A DNA stretch of 64,000 nt from Escherichia coli (lineage in GTDB: Bacteria; Pseudomonadota; Gammaproteobacteria; Enterobacterales; Enterobacteriaceae). The notes beneath the pieces are model-generated. The model saw only the letters and a program-made list of their open reading frames with translations, had not been told where the DNA came from and did no database searches. This document shows positions 32,094 through 47,555 of this stretch, one piece after another (position 1 is the stretch's first letter; every line of letters begins with the position of its first letter). The position numbers were made by a program, and so were the translations under genes. The DNA lies in NCBI RefSeq assembly GCF_030013205.1, contig NZ_CP122648.1; one strand, written 5' to 3'.

Positions 32094-33026
32094 ATGGCTA
32101 ACTTTTTGAATAAATTCATTATGACGAGAATACTCGCTGCGATAACCCTTTTGCTGAGTATCGTATTGACCATTTTGGTCACTATTTTTTGCTCCGTCCC
32201 GATCATCATTGCCGGGATTGTAAAACTATTGCTTCCTGTGCCAGTCATTTGGCGAAAGGTTTCGCGTTTTTGTGATTTTATGATGTATTGCTGGTGCGAA
32301 GGTCTGGCGGTATTACTGCATCTGAACCCACACCTGCAATGGGAAGTTCACGGGCTGGAAGGGTTAAGTAAGAAGAACTGGTATCTGCTTATTTGTAACC
32401 ACCGTAGTTGGGCAGATATTGTCGTACTGTGCGTGCTGTTTCGTAAGCACATTCCGATGAATAAATATTTCCTCAAGCAGCAGCTGGCCTGGGTGCCTTT
32501 TCTTGGCCTGGCGTGCTGGGCGCTGGATATGCCGTTTATGAAGCGTTATTCCCGCGCTTATTTATTACGTCATCCGGAGCGACGTGGTAAAGATGTCGAA
32601 ACCACTCGGCGTTCTTGTGAAAAGTTTCGCCTGCATCCCACCACCATTGTCAATTTCGTTGAAGGCTCCCGTTTCACGCAAGAAAAACATCTGCAAACCC
32701 ACTCCACTTTTCAAAACTTGTTGCCACCAAAGGCGGCAGGCATTGCGATGGCGCTAAATGTACTGGGTAAACAATTCGATAAACTGCTTAATGTTACGCT
32801 GTGTTATCCGGACAATAACCGTCAGCCGTTCTTCGATATGTTAAGCGGTAAACTGACGCGAATTGTCGTACATGTGGATTTGCAGCCTATTTCCGATGAG
32901 TTACATGGCGACTACATCAATGACAAAAGCTTTAAGCGCCATTTTCAGCAATGGCTGAACTCACTGTGGCAGGAAAAAGACCGACTTCTGACGTCGTTGA
33001 TGTCATCACAGCGTCAGAATAAGTAA
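32094..33026 (+). CDS. yihG: PlsC-family acyltransferase YihG
   Basis: ORF 32070..33026 trimmed to [17 protein letters not shown]; acyltransferase H(X4)D motif region (NHRSWADIV); 310 aa. Confidence 0.88.
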   Translation: MANFLNKFIMTRILAAITLLLSIVLTILVTIFCSVPIIIAGIVKLLLPVPVIWRKVSRFCDFMMYCWCEGLAVLLHLNPHLQWEVHGLEGLSKKNWYLLICNHRSWADIVVLCVLFRKHIPMNKYFLKQQLAWVPFLGLACWALDMPFMKRYSRAYLLRHPERRGKDVETTRRSCEKFRLHPTTIVNFVEGSRFTQEKHLQTHSTFQNLLPPKAAGIAMALNVLGKQFDKLLNVTLCYPDNNRQPFFDMLSGKLTRIVVHVDLQPISDELHGDYINDKSFKRHFQQWLNSLWQEKDRLLTSLMSSQRQNK

Positions 33027-33031
33027 GTTTT

Positions 33032-33062
33032 ACTCGCCTCTGAATGAGCAGAGGCGAGTGAG
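33032..33062 (+). terminator. Intrinsic terminator between convergent yihG and yihF
   Basis: Hairpin actcgcctctg-aatgag-cagaggcgagt followed by T-rich sequence. Confidence 0.5.
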
Positions 33063-33066
33063 TATT

Positions 33067-34497
33067 TTAATGAACAAAACGTCCGGCACGAGACATAAAT
33101 TCTTCTTCGCTCATTTCCTGTCCGTTAAAAACAACTTTACCCGGTGTATAACGCAGTTGCAGCGAGGCGGTATTGTTGTCAATCGTGATTAACTGAAACA
33201 TCTGACCTAATGTCATCATCCCGCTGATTTGTTTATCAGCCCGCTTTTGCGCTTTTTCAGCATCCATTCCTTCAGATAAATTAAGCTGTTTTGCGGTTTC
33301 TGTGACGACATTAAGCGGTAACTTCACATCAAAATTGAGCGATTTAATATCTTTGTTTGTGGATGATGAGGATTTGGCTGGGTCGGCAATACTGATATCC
33401 AGATTGGCATTTAGTTCGCCGAGTGCATTCTTCCATCTTACCGGTTGTTTAATGGTCGGCTCACTTTTTTGTAATAACGGTAAATACTCTTTGAACAATG
33501 CAGCATTCACTTCTTGCAGAGCAACTTCATCGTTTGCTAACTCAGGGTGTGCAGCAAGCTGCTTCTGCATCGCAATGTTATACTGGATGATAAATTGGCG
33601 CACCGCTGAAGGATCAATAGATTCAGCAATCAATGACCACTCACCACTACCGAGTTGCTGATTCCCTTTTGTTAACTTATCAAGTTCGTAGGTCAGATTG
33701 ACATTGATATAATCTTTGTCTTTAACGCGATCCAGCCTGGTTTTTGCAACGAAAGCATCGATTTGGGCAACGTCTTCCCCGTGATTGATAATGTTAATCT
33801 GATTAAATTTCGACTCGCTTTCACCAACCGGAAATTTCTTTTCTTCTAATCGCGCCAGAGAATCAATGGTAAAACTTTTTGCCGTTACTTTGTTCATTGG
33901 TGATAATTGCAGAACAATATCTTCGACTTTGCCTTCAATATCCAGGTTAGACAATGAACTACCATCACCATTAAAAGTAAACTGGCCCTCACCAAAAGAA
34001 AACTTTCCATACTCTGCAGGGGCAACATCTAATGTCGTAGAGAATGAGCCACCAAACGCGAATCGCAATGTCGCTTCCACGGGCGATTTATTTTTCGCGG
34101 CGATAAATAGCGGTTGTGTCAGTTCATTATTCACTAAGTTCACTTTTGCCGCTGCCAGTGCGGGGATGACATTACCACGCATTAACATTGTGATGGGCAA
34201 CGGACCGTGCTCAACATCCACATCAAATGCAACTTTCTGGCCTGGCTTGATATTGAGATCGGGTGCACCGTTATCAAATGTTATTTGCATTTGAAAATGA
34301 GAATTAAAAAAGCCTTTGTCAAAGTTTTTATAACTTAACGTCATATCGTAGGCATGTTCACCTTTCTTTTTAGCATCGTTAAAATCTTTAATGAACTTTT
34401 CGACACCAGGCTGAATTTGCGTACCTGTGTACCATGTGCCACCACCCCAGATTACGGCAAACGCAACAATAACACCTGTAGCTGACTTACGTATCAT
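33067..34497 (-). CDS. yihF: DUF945-family secreted/periplasmic protein YihF
   Basis: ORF 33067..34539 trimmed to MIRKSATGVIVAFAVIWGGG (signal-anchor-like); about 476 aa. Confidence 0.85.
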   Translation of the reverse strand: MIRKSATGVIVAFAVIWGGGTWYTGTQIQPGVEKFIKDFNDAKKKGEHAYDMTLSYKNFDKGFFNSHFQMQITFDNGAPDLNIKPGQKVAFDVDVEHGPLPITMLMRGNVIPALAAAKVNLVNNELTQPLFIAAKNKSPVEATLRFAFGGSFSTTLDVAPAEYGKFSFGEGQFTFNGDGSSLSNLDIEGKVEDIVLQLSPMNKVTAKSFTIDSLARLEEKKFPVGESESKFNQINIINHGEDVAQIDAFVAKTRLDRVKDKDYINVNLTYELDKLTKGNQQLGSGEWSLIAESIDPSAVRQFIIQYNIAMQKQLAAHPELANDEVALQEVNAALFKEYLPLLQKSEPTIKQPVRWKNALGELNANLDISIADPAKSSSSTNKDIKSLNFDVKLPLNVVTETAKQLNLSEGMDAEKAQKRADKQISGMMTLGQMFQLITIDNNTASLQLRYTPGKVVFNGQEMSEEEFMSRAGRFVH

Positions 34498-34595
34498 ATA
34501 AATATTCCCTGATAAAACAGCAAAACTTTGAATATCCACTTATGCTGAAATAATGTCCAGCGGCAGGATGCATTATCAGAATGTATTTATATTTA

Positions 34596-34630
34596 TAAAA
34601 TAATAAAAAAAGCCCGTGAATATTCACGGG
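34596..34630 (-). terminator. Intrinsic terminator of dsbA
   Basis: Minus-strand hairpin agcccgtgaatattcacgggct followed by a U-run, 3' of the dsbA stop. Confidence 0.6.
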
Positions 34631-34651
34631 CTTTATGTAATTTACATTGAA

Positions 34652-35278
34652 TTATTTTTTCTCGGACAGATATTTCACTGTATCAGCATACTGCTGAACA
34701 AAAACATCCATATTGCTGGTATCCATACCCTGCGGATTCAGCTGATATTTACCGTTAACAAACATCGCCGGAACACCACGCAATTGCACGTCAGCTGCAG
34801 CTTTTTCCTGCTGAGCGACCAGAGATTTCACCACGAAGCTGTTCCACGCCGCGTCGTACTCTTCACCTTTAATACCTGCGTTGATAAATACATCGCGGAT
34901 ATCAGATGCTGAACGAATAGTCTGGGTTTTCTGTACGCCTTCAAACAGCGGAACAGTCACTTTGTCTTCCACGCCCAGCGCCATCGCCACAGCCCATGCC
35001 TGAGTCAGATCTTTGCCCAGATCACCACCCATGAAGTTGACGTGGTATTTAGTCATCTTCACGCCTTCCGGCAGTTTTTTCTTCACGTTATCAGAAATAT
35101 GCAGAACTTCTTCAAACTGATAGCAGTGCGGGCAGAAGAAAGAGAAAAACTCCAGCACTTGCGGCGCGCCAGCTACCGGTTTTTCCAGGGTAGTGTACTG
35201 TTTACCATCTTCATACTGCGCCGCCGATGCGCTAAACGCTAAAACTAAACCAGCCAGCGCCAGCCAAATCTTTTTCAT
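34652..35278 (-). CDS. dsbA: Periplasmic thiol:disulfide oxidoreductase DsbA
   Basis: 208-aa [38 protein letters not shown]...; active site CPHC. Confidence 0.97.
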
Positions 35279-35294
35279 GATCTACTCTCTCCGA

Positions 35295-36281
35295 TTAATA
35301 CATAGGTGTTAATTGCAAAGGGGGTTCTTGTAGAACTTTTGCCTGTTCTATAAAAGTCGCCGTCTGTCGCAGCCAGTAATCTTCCCCGGTTAACCACGGG
35401 AAATTTTTCGGGAACGCGGGATCAGCCCAACGCCGCATTAGCCAGGCAAGATAATAAACCAAACGCATGGCGCGTAAAGGTTCAATCAGTCCGATTTCAG
35501 CGGTGTCGAACTCGCTAAATTCTTCATAAGCTTCAATAATAGTTTCCAGTTGCATCCGCTGCTCGGCTTTATCGCCATTGAGCAACATCCACAAATCCTG
35601 AACGGCTGGACCATTACGTGCATCATCCAGATCAACAAACATTGGACCATCGCGCCAGAGAATATTCCCGGCGTGGCAGTCTCCATGTAGCCGCAGAACG
35701 GTGAAATCTTCCCGCCAGTGTGCTGTAACGGCGGCGATCAGCTCATCTGTCGCTTTCAGGAATGCCGCTTTCAACCCGGAAGGTATCAGTGTAGCGTCCT
35801 CAAACAGCTTGCGTGGCTCAATGAGATATTCATTCAGACCGATGGTCGGGCGATGGATAAAAAGCTGTTTGCGCCCCGTCTGGTGCATACGCCCTAAATA
35901 ACGCCCAACCGCTTCCATTTGATCGATATTATCAGCTTCGAACTGGCGACCACCGACGCTTGGAAAAACAGCGAAATAAAATCCCTGATGATTCAATAAA
36001 GTCTGACCGTTAAAGGCCACAGGTGCTGCGACCGGAACTTCATCGTTAACCAGCTGCAACGCAAATTGATGTTCTTCGAGGATTTGATCGGCTGTCCAAC
36101 GTTCAGGACGATAAAATTTGACGACAAAACGTCGACGATCTTCGTCCTGAAATTGATAGACACGGTTTTCATAGCTGTTAAGCGGGGTAAGACCGGAATC
36201 CACCCGGATCCCTTGCTCAAACAGAGCATCCATGATGGTATCCGGGTGTAGTGTCTGGAAAGTAAAAGCGCTGTTGTTCAT
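35295..36281 (-). CDS. srkA: Stress response Ser/Thr kinase SrkA (YihE/RdoA)
   Basis: 328-aa ORF; kinase-fold motifs (HGDCHAGNILW, DLDD). Confidence 0.93.
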   Translation of the reverse strand: MNNSAFTFQTLHPDTIMDALFEQGIRVDSGLTPLNSYENRVYQFQDEDRRRFVVKFYRPERWTADQILEEHQFALQLVNDEVPVAAPVAFNGQTLLNHQGFYFAVFPSVGGRQFEADNIDQMEAVGRYLGRMHQTGRKQLFIHRPTIGLNEYLIEPRKLFEDATLIPSGLKAAFLKATDELIAAVTAHWREDFTVLRLHGDCHAGNILWRDGPMFVDLDDARNGPAVQDLWMLLNGDKAEQRMQLETIIEAYEEFSEFDTAEIGLIEPLRAMRLVYYLAWLMRRWADPAFPKNFPWLTGEDYWLRQTATFIEQAKVLQEPPLQLTPMY

Positions 36282-36346
36282 CCCATCATCCGGAAAACAT
36301 TACGAATGATGAAGGATATCATTTCACGATGATTTTGGTGGCACCG

Positions 36347-36361
36347 CTTACAAGCTTTTAC
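36347..36361 (-). promoter_or_regulatory. Candidate CpxR box upstream of srkA-dsbA
   Basis: Minus strand reads GTAAA-agctt-GTAAG, resembling the CpxR tandem GTAAA(N5)GTAAA consensus; dsbA is a known Cpx regulon member. Assignment by motif only. Confidence 0.35.
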
Positions 36362-36627
36362 TCTTTAATTACGCCGCGAGCGCGTAACAGCGCCGTTTTG
36401 AAGTCTTCTTCATAATCTTTCTGCAAACCCGGGATCACCGCATCTTTCGCGGAATCACGCATTTTCAGGTGATAGATCAGAATGTCATCCGTCAAATCCG
36501 CCAGTTCGCCGTCAAAACCTGACTCTTTCGCCAGTTTCTGCAAAAATTGCAGCAGGTTAAGGTCTGGCTCTTTTTGCCAGGCTGGCTGGAGGAGTTCAAT
36601 AACTTCATTCAGACGTTTACATTTCAT
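36358..36627 (-). CDS. yihD: DUF1040-family protein YihD
   Basis: ORF 36358..36657 trimmed to [23 protein letters not shown]; 89 aa. Confidence 0.88.
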
Positions 36628-36696
36628 AGTAATGCTCCTTACTCTTGAGACAGACACGTTAGCAGGGTCAATCCCACAATAAAAGAGGCGATATCG

Positions 36697-37281
36697 GTGA
36701 ATCTGATGACGACGATAACAGGCGTTGTGCTGGCGGGCGGTAAAGCCAGACGAATGGGCGGCGTAGATAAAGGATTGCTGGAATTAAATGGCAAACCGCT
36801 GTGGCAACATGTCGCTGACGCGCTTATGACGCAGCTCTCTCACGTCGTGGTTAATGCTAATCGTCATCAGGAAATCTATCAGGCAAGCGGTCTGAAAGTG
36901 ATTGAAGATTCACTGGCGGATTACCCAGGCCCTCTGGCAGGAATGCTTTCAGTAATGCAGCAGGAAGCTGGTGAGTGGTTTTTGTTTTGTCCGTGCGATA
37001 CGCCTTACATTCCCCCAGATTTAGCCGCCCGGCTTAATCATCAGCGCAAAGATGCGCCTGTCGTGTGGGTCCATGACGGTGAACGCGATCACCCGACTAT
37101 TGCTCTGGTAAACCGCGCTATTGAGCCTTTATTACTGGAATATCTGCAAGCAGGAGAACGCCGGGTAATGGCATTTATGCGTCTGGCTGGCGGTCATGCG
37201 GTTGATTTCAGCGATCATAAAGATGCATTTGTTAACGTGAATACGCCAGAGGAGCTTGCCCGATGGCAGGAAAAACGATGA
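36697..37281 (+). CDS. mobA: Molybdenum cofactor guanylyltransferase
   Basis: 194-aa ORF; N-terminal [11 protein letters not shown] nucleotide-binding motif. Confidence 0.95.
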
Positions 37282-37790
37282 TACCGTTACTCGCCTTTGC
37301 CGCGTGGAGTGGTACCGGAAAAACTACGCTTTTGAAAAAACTGATCCCGGCATTATGCGCCAGAGGGATCCGTCCAGGGCTGATTAAGCATACGCACCAT
37401 GATATGGATGTTGATAAGCCAGGCAAAGATAGCTATGAGCTGCGCAAGGCTGGCGCGGCACAAACCATCGTTGCCAGCCAGCAACGATGGGCCTTGATGA
37501 CGGAAACACCAGACGAAGAAGAGCTGGATCTACAGTTTCTCGCAAGTCGAATGGATACCTCAAAGCTGGATTTGATTCTGGTCGAAGGGTTTAAGCATGA
37601 AGAGATCGCAAAGATTGTGCTGTTTCGCGATAGAGCCGGACATCGACCTGAAGAATTAGTGATAGACAGGCATGTTATTGCTGTAGCCAGTGATGTGCCG
37701 CTTAATCTTGATGTCGCATTACTGGATATTAATGATGTTGAGGGGCTGGCTGATTTTGTGGTGGAGTGGATGCAAAAGCAGAACGGATAA
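37278..37790 (+). CDS. mobB: Molybdopterin-guanine dinucleotide biosynthesis adapter MobB
   Basis: ATG overlapping the mobA stop (ATGA); [22 protein letters not shown] (P-loop); about 170 aa. Confidence 0.9.
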   Translation: MIPLLAFAAWSGTGKTTLLKKLIPALCARGIRPGLIKHTHHDMDVDKPGKDSYELRKAGAAQTIVASQQRWALMTETPDEEELDLQFLASRMDTSKLDLILVEGFKHEEIAKIVLFRDRAGHRPEELVIDRHVIAVASDVPLNLDVALLDINDVEGLADFVVEWMQKQNG

Positions 37791-37797
37791 GCAAGAG

Positions 37798-37833
37798 TAG
37801 GCTGGATAAGACGCGCCAGCGTCGCATCCGGCA
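37798..37833. repeat. REP element
   Basis: taggctggataagacgcgccagcgtcgcatccggca. Confidence 0.5.
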
Positions 37834-37844
37834 TTTTTTTTGCA

Positions 37845-37880
37845 CCAACGCAAAAAGGCCATCCTGACGGATGGCCTTTC
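37845..37880 (-). terminator. rRNA operon terminator (T1-like) 3' of the 5S gene
   Basis: Minus-strand hairpin ggccatccgtcaggatggcc followed by U-rich sequence. Confidence 0.6.
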
Positions 37881-37890
37881 GCTTAATTTG

Positions 37891-38010
37891 ATGCCTGGCA
37901 GTTCCCTACTCTCGCATGGGGAGACCCCACACTACCATCGGCGCTACGGCGTTTCACTTCTGAGTTCGGCATGGGGTCAGGTGGGACCACCGCGCTAAGG
38001 CCGCCAGGCA
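37891..38010 (-). rRNA. rrfA: 5S ribosomal RNA
   Basis: Minus strand reads TGCCTGGCGGCC...GGAACTGCCAGGCAT over 120 nt, matching E. coli 5S rRNA with at most one mismatch to my recollection. Confidence 0.95.
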
Positions 38011-38102
38011 AATTCTGTTTCATCAGACCGCTTCTGCGTTCTGATTTAATCTGTATCAGGCTGAAAATCTTCTCTCATCCGCCAAAACATCTTCGGCGTT
38101 GT

Positions 38103-41007
<2,905 letters not shown>

Positions 41008-41190
41008 TCACAACCCGAAGATGTTTCTTTCGATTCATCATCGTGTTGCGAAAATTTGAGAGACTCACGAACAACTTTCGTTGTTCAGTGTTTCAATTTT
41101 CAGCTTGATCCAGATTTTTAAAGAGCAAAACTTCGCAGTGAACCTTTGCAGGTACACTCTGAAGTATTTTTTATTTAATCACTACAGAGA

Positions 41191-41266
41191 TGGTGGAGCT
41201 ATGCGGGATCGAACCGCAGACCTCCTGCGTGCAAAGCAGGCGCTCTCCCAGCTGAGCTATAGCCCC
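41191..41266 (-). tRNA. alaT: tRNA-Ala (anticodon UGC), rRNA spacer
   Basis: Minus strand reads GGGGCTATAGCTCAGCTGGGAGAGCGCCTGCTTTGCACGCAGGAGGTCTGCGGTTCGATCCCGCATAGCTCCACCA. Confidence 0.95.
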
Positions 41267-41308
41267 ATAACATGTAGTTAAAACCTCTTCAAATTTGCCG
41301 TGCAAATT

Positions 41309-41385
<77 letters not shown>

Positions 41386-41453
41386 GTAGAGGTTTTACTG
41401 CTCATTTTCATCAGACAATCTGTGTGAGCACTTCAAAGAACGCTTCTTTAAGG

Positions 41454-42995
<1,542 letters not shown>

Positions 42996-43125
42996 AAAAG
43001 TTTGATGCTCAAAGAATTAAACTTCGTAATGAATTACGTGTTCACTCTTGAGACTTGGTATTCATTTTTCGTCTTGCGACGTTAAGAATCCGTATCTTCG
43101 AGTGCCCACACAGATTGTCTGATAA

Positions 43126-43139
43126 ATTGTTAAAGAGCA
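43126..43139 (-). promoter_or_regulatory. rrn leader boxA antitermination element
   Basis: Minus strand reads TGCTCTTTAACAATTT in the 16S leader. Confidence 0.6.
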
Positions 43140-43169
43140 GTGCCGCTTCGCTTTTTCTCAGCGGCGCGG

Positions 43170-43210
43170 GGTGTGCATAATACGCTTTCCCGCTACAGAG
43201 TCAAGCATTT
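43170..43210 (-). promoter_or_regulatory. rRNA promoter P2
   Basis: Minus strand: -35 TTGACT (43199-43204), 16-bp spacer, -10 TATTAT (43177-43182). Confidence 0.6.
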
Positions 43211-43289
43211 TTTTTGCTTTTCCCTGTTGAGATTCTCAGGAGAACCCCGCTGACCCGGCGGCGTGTTTGCCGTTGTTCCGTGTCAGTGG

Positions 43290-43345
43290 TGGCGCATTAT
43301 AGGGAGTTATTCCGGCCTGACAAGAGGAAATTTAAAATAATTTTC
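43290..43345 (-). promoter_or_regulatory. rRNA promoter P1 with UP element
   Basis: Minus strand reads AGAAAATTATTTTAAATTTCCTCTTGTCAGGCCGGAATAACTCCCTATAATGCGCCACCACTG: AT-rich UP element, -35 TTGTCA, 16-bp spacer, -10 TATAAT. Confidence 0.7.
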
Positions 43346-43373
43346 TGACCGCGCATTTTTTTATTCTTTATGC

Positions 43374-43919
43374 TTATTTCAGCGTCGGTTTGTCGGTTAA
43401 ATGGGCGATTTCTCGGGCGAAATTCGCCACCTGCTCCCAATCGGTATAGACAACTTCTTTGCGCGTATCCGTTTCACCGCCTGACATCTTCATAATCAGC
43501 TTGATCATAAAACGGTCGTACCAGCGATAACGTGGGTAACGCAGCGCCCCGGCAATGACCGCGCAGCGATCGGGACGCCATTGCGAGTTCATCAGAAACT
43601 TCCGCGCGTAGCTGTTGGTCTGTGGAGTACGCTTCTCCGGTTTGCGCGCCACCAGGTTTACGGAATAAAAGGCGCTCGGCATCGAATTCAGTCGCGTCGC
43701 ATGTTTTTTGACAAATTCCTGGAACGCAGAGTGGTAGTGACCATAGCGAATAGAAGCACCAATGACCACACGGTCATAGTTTTCCCATTGTGGTTCTTCA
43801 ATGCGGTGCACATTGGCGACATCCGTCTGGATCCCCAGTTCTTTCAGTTCCGAAGCCAAGTAGGAGGCAATCTCGCGCGTTTGTCCGTCCCTTGTTGAGA
43901 AAAGAATTAATGTTTTCAC
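43374..43919 (-). CDS. hemG: Protoporphyrinogen IX dehydrogenase (flavodoxin-like, menaquinone-dependent)
   Basis: 181-aa [32 protein letters not shown]...; sits directly upstream of the rRNA operon as in K-12 rrnA. Confidence 0.95.
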   Translation of the reverse strand: MKTLILFSTRDGQTREIASYLASELKELGIQTDVANVHRIEEPQWENYDRVVIGASIRYGHYHSAFQEFVKKHATRLNSMPSAFYSVNLVARKPEKRTPQTNSYARKFLMNSQWRPDRCAVIAGALRYPRYRWYDRFMIKLIMKMSGGETDTRKEVVYTDWEQVANFAREIAHLTDKPTLK

Positions 43920-43930
43920 GTATTACTCCA

Positions 43931-45382
43931 TCATTCACGCCAGAAAGTCGGGGTAAAGAGCACCAGCAATGTAAAGACCTCAAGACGACCAAACAGCATG
44001 TTGGCAATCAGGATCCATTTAGCCACCGGGTTCATACTGGTAAAGTTATCAGCAACCACGCCAAGCCCTGGCCCCAGGTTATTCAATGTCGCAACAACTG
44101 AGGCAAAGGCAGAAAAGTCATCCACGCCCGTGGCGATAATCGCCAGCATACTGACAATAAACACCAATGCATAGGCGGAGAAAAATCCCCAAACGGCTTC
44201 GAGGATACGTTCCGGCAGTGCGCGATTCCCCAGCTTAATGCTATAGACGGCGTTCGGATGCACCAGTCGTTTCAGCTCACGGTTCCCCTGCTTAAACAGC
44301 AGCAGGATGCGGATCACTTTCAGGCCACCGCCCGTTGACCCGGCACAACCGCCGATAAAAGCTGAACATAAGAGCAGTACCGGCAAAAAGAGCGGCCAGC
44401 GGGCAATGCTGTCAGTCGTAAACCCGGCGGTTGTCGCCATCGACACCACCTGGAAAAACGCCTGGTTAATTGTCATCAGCGCCGAACTATAGACATTATG
44501 AAACCACAGCACGAGGGTACAAATAATCACCAGCGTAAACTGTACGCCGATAAACATGCGAAATTCCGGATCGCGCCAATAAACCTTCAGACTACGCCCA
44601 CTTAACAGCGAAAAGTGCAGACCGTAGTTACAGCCGGAGATCAACAGGAAGATAGCAATGATAGTGTTAATTGTCGGGCTGTCGAAATAACCGATACTGG
44701 CATCATGTGTCGAGAAGCCGCCAATAGCGATAGTCGCAAAGCTATGGCCGATGGCATCAAAGGCATCCATTCCGGCAAACCACAACGCCAGCGCACAGGC
44801 GACGGTCAGCAAGACATAAATCAACCACAGGGTTTTCGCCGTTTCCGCAATTCGCGGGCGCATTTTGTTATCTTTCAGCGGGCCGGGCATTTCTGCGCGA
44901 TAGAGCTGCATCCCACCCACGCCGAGGATAGGCAGTATCGCAACCGCCAACACGATGATCCCCATCCCGCCAAACCATTGCAGCATCTGGCGATAAAAGA
45001 GGATGGCGTGAGGGAGCGAATCCAGCCCCACCAGCGTAGTGGCCCCCGTGGTGGTCAGGCCAGAGAAAGATTCAAAAAACGCATCGGTAATCGTGAGGTT
45101 CGGGCTTTCCGAGAAGATAAAAGGGAGCGCACCGACGCTACCCAGCACGGTCCAGAACAGCACCACTATCAGAAACCCCTCACGGGATTTCAGTTCGCCC
45201 TTCTCTTTACGGTTCGGCCACCACAGCATAGAGCCAATGGCGAGGGCGACAAAAAAGGTCTGGGTAAAAGCGCGGCCCGCTCCATCCCGGTAGATGAGTG
45301 CTACCAGTCCAGGGATAATCATGGTCCCTGAAAATAAGATGACCAGTAGTCCAACGATTCGGGTAATGGCGCGAAAATGCAT
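43931..45382 (-). CDS. trkH: Trk potassium uptake protein TrkH
   Basis: 483-aa polytopic ORF, MHFRAITRIVGLLVILFSGTM.... Confidence 0.95.
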   Translation of the reverse strand: MHFRAITRIVGLLVILFSGTMIIPGLVALIYRDGAGRAFTQTFFVALAIGSMLWWPNRKEKGELKSREGFLIVVLFWTVLGSVGALPFIFSESPNLTITDAFFESFSGLTTTGATTLVGLDSLPHAILFYRQMLQWFGGMGIIVLAVAILPILGVGGMQLYRAEMPGPLKDNKMRPRIAETAKTLWLIYVLLTVACALALWFAGMDAFDAIGHSFATIAIGGFSTHDASIGYFDSPTINTIIAIFLLISGCNYGLHFSLLSGRSLKVYWRDPEFRMFIGVQFTLVIICTLVLWFHNVYSSALMTINQAFFQVVSMATTAGFTTDSIARWPLFLPVLLLCSAFIGGCAGSTGGGLKVIRILLLFKQGNRELKRLVHPNAVYSIKLGNRALPERILEAVWGFFSAYALVFIVSMLAIIATGVDDFSAFASVVATLNNLGPGLGVVADNFTSMNPVAKWILIANMLFGRLEVFTLLVLFTPTFWRE

Positions 45383-45420
45383 CTCTGCCGCTTCCTTAGT
45401 TCTGCAAAACGAAGTGGGGA

Positions 45421-46038
45421 TTATTCTTCAATCGCTAACAATTGCAATGAACCACGGCTAAAATCCGCCAGCTTTGCGGAAAATTCAGCCACTTTCGCCG
45501 CCGGAAGCGCCACCCGCAGCAGAACGAATGCCTGATAATCACTGTTGATAATTTTGCCGTCACACTGCCCCAGCAACGCTTCAATGCCGGTTAACTGACT
45601 ATATTCACATTGCAAAGTATATTCGGTTAATGGCGTCTTGCGTTGGGTCGTTAGCTGGCGCAGCGCCTGATTCACGCCGCCACCATACGCTTTCACTAAC
45701 CCACCGGTGCCAAGCAATATGCCACCGTAGTAGCGCACTACCACAGCGGTAATTTCCCCGACGCCGCTGCCCATTAGCTGGGCGAGCATCGGTTTACCTG
45801 CCGTTCCCGCCGGCTCCCCATCGTCAGAGAAACCCAGCTGTTGAGAATCATCCGGCGCACCCGCCACCCACGCCACGCAATGGTGGCGGGCATCGGGGTG
45901 TTCTGCTCGCACCGATTCAACAAACGCTTTCGCCGCCTCAACGCCATCGGTATGCGCCAACATCGTTATGAAGCGGCTCTTTTTGATCTCTTCAACGACC
46001 GTGACTGGTGCCGCAGGAATTAACCAGCTTTCCATCAC
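45421..46038 (-). CDS. yigZ: IMPACT-family protein YigZ
   Basis: About 204-aa ORF; start codon overlaps the pepQ stop. Confidence 0.9.
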
Positions 46039-47366
46039 GCCAGTTTCAGATCCCGGGTCATGTTTTCCACGTTGTTTTCGTGGATCACCACGTTGTCTTC
46101 GATACGAATGCCGCCGAACGGTTTCAGTGCTTCAATTTTCTGCCAGTTAAAGTGTTTACTGAACTGCCCTTCACGCCACGGTGCCAGTAGCGATTCGATG
46201 AAGTAGATACCCGGCTCGATGGTTAACACCATGCCCGGCTGGAGAATACGGGTGCAGCGCAGGTACGGATATTTTGCCGGTGCCGCGAGGTGCGTACCGC
46301 TATCATCCTGCATAAAACCGGCTACGTCATGCACCTGCAGGCCCAGCGGATGGCCGATACCGTGCGGCATAAACGGTCCGGTGAGATCGTTTTCGACCAT
46401 CGCTTCTTCACTCATATCGGTGATGATTTGATGTTTACGCAGCAATTTGGCGATGCGCTGATGGAACTGGATGTGGTAATCCACATAGCTGACGCCAGCT
46501 TTCATGGTGGCGATCAGCGCAAGTTGTTCATCATTTACGTCTTTCACCAGCTGTGCGTAGTCGTTGTCGCTTTTTGCCGACCAGGTACGGGTCAGGTCAG
46601 CCGCATAGCCGTTATATTCGGCCCCGGCATCCAGCAGGAAGCTACGCATCTCTTCCGGTGCCTGGTGGTCCAGTTTGGTGTAATGCAGCACCGCAGCGTG
46701 TTCGTTAAGCGCCACAATGTTGCTGTAAGGTACGTCGGTATCACGATGACCGGTCGCGGTCAGATAGGCAATGTTGATATCGAACTCGCTCATGCCAGAA
46801 CGGAACGCTTCTTCTGCCGCGCGATGACCGTTGACCGCCATTTTCTGCGCTTCACGCATACAGGCCAGTTCGTACTCGGTTTTGAAGGAGCGATAGTAAT
46901 GCAGGTAGTCGATCACCCCTTTCGGGTTGATGTTGCTGGCCTCAATACCCAGTTGCAGCGCACGTTCCGGCACCGGACCGATATAACCGATATTGCCGCG
47001 CGCAGCAGGCAACAGACTACCAATGCCATCGGCTTTCGGCAGCGCGATCACTTCCACATCTTCAGTCCAGAAGGAGGTCGGCAGCGGTTCGACGTTGTGC
47101 CAGTAATCAACCGGCAGATAGAACCACAGTTTCGGCTTATTCACGCCATCCACCAGCAGCCAGCAGTTTGGCACCTGAGTTACCGGCACCCACGCTTTAA
47201 ATTGCGGGTTCACTTTAAACGGATAGGGATGATCGTCGAGAAAAACGTTGAACAGTTCGCCGGAGTGAATAAGTAACGCATCCAGCTTGAAGCGCGCCAG
47301 CGCATCGCGAGTCCGTTCTTGTAAGGTAGCTATATGATTTTTATAGAGTGAGGCCAGTGATTCCAT
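46035..47366 (-). CDS. pepQ: Xaa-Pro dipeptidase (prolidase)
   Basis: 443-aa [29 protein letters not shown]...; M24B metal-ligand region [13 protein letters not shown]. Confidence 0.95.
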
Positions 47367-47513
47367 TTTTTACCCTTCTGTTTTTTTGACCTTAAGTCTC
47401 CGCATCTTAGCACATCGTTCATCCAGAGCGTGATTTCTGCCGAGCGTGATCAGATCGGCATTTCTTTAATCTTTTATTTGCATATTTTTAACACAAAACA
47501 CACACTTCGATGC

Positions 47514-47530
47514 ATCTGGTACGACCAGAT
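47514..47530 (+). promoter_or_regulatory. FadR operator in the fadBA promoter
   Basis: atctggtacgaccagat, a perfect palindrome fitting the FadR ANCTGGTCNGACCTNNT consensus, about 26 nt upstream of the fadB ATG. Confidence 0.65.
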
Positions 47531-47555
47531 CACCTTGCGGATTCAGGAGACTGAC

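Noticed and set aside
46290-47276. 328-aa ORF on the plus strand
   Set aside because: Antisense to pepQ; no recognisable domain.
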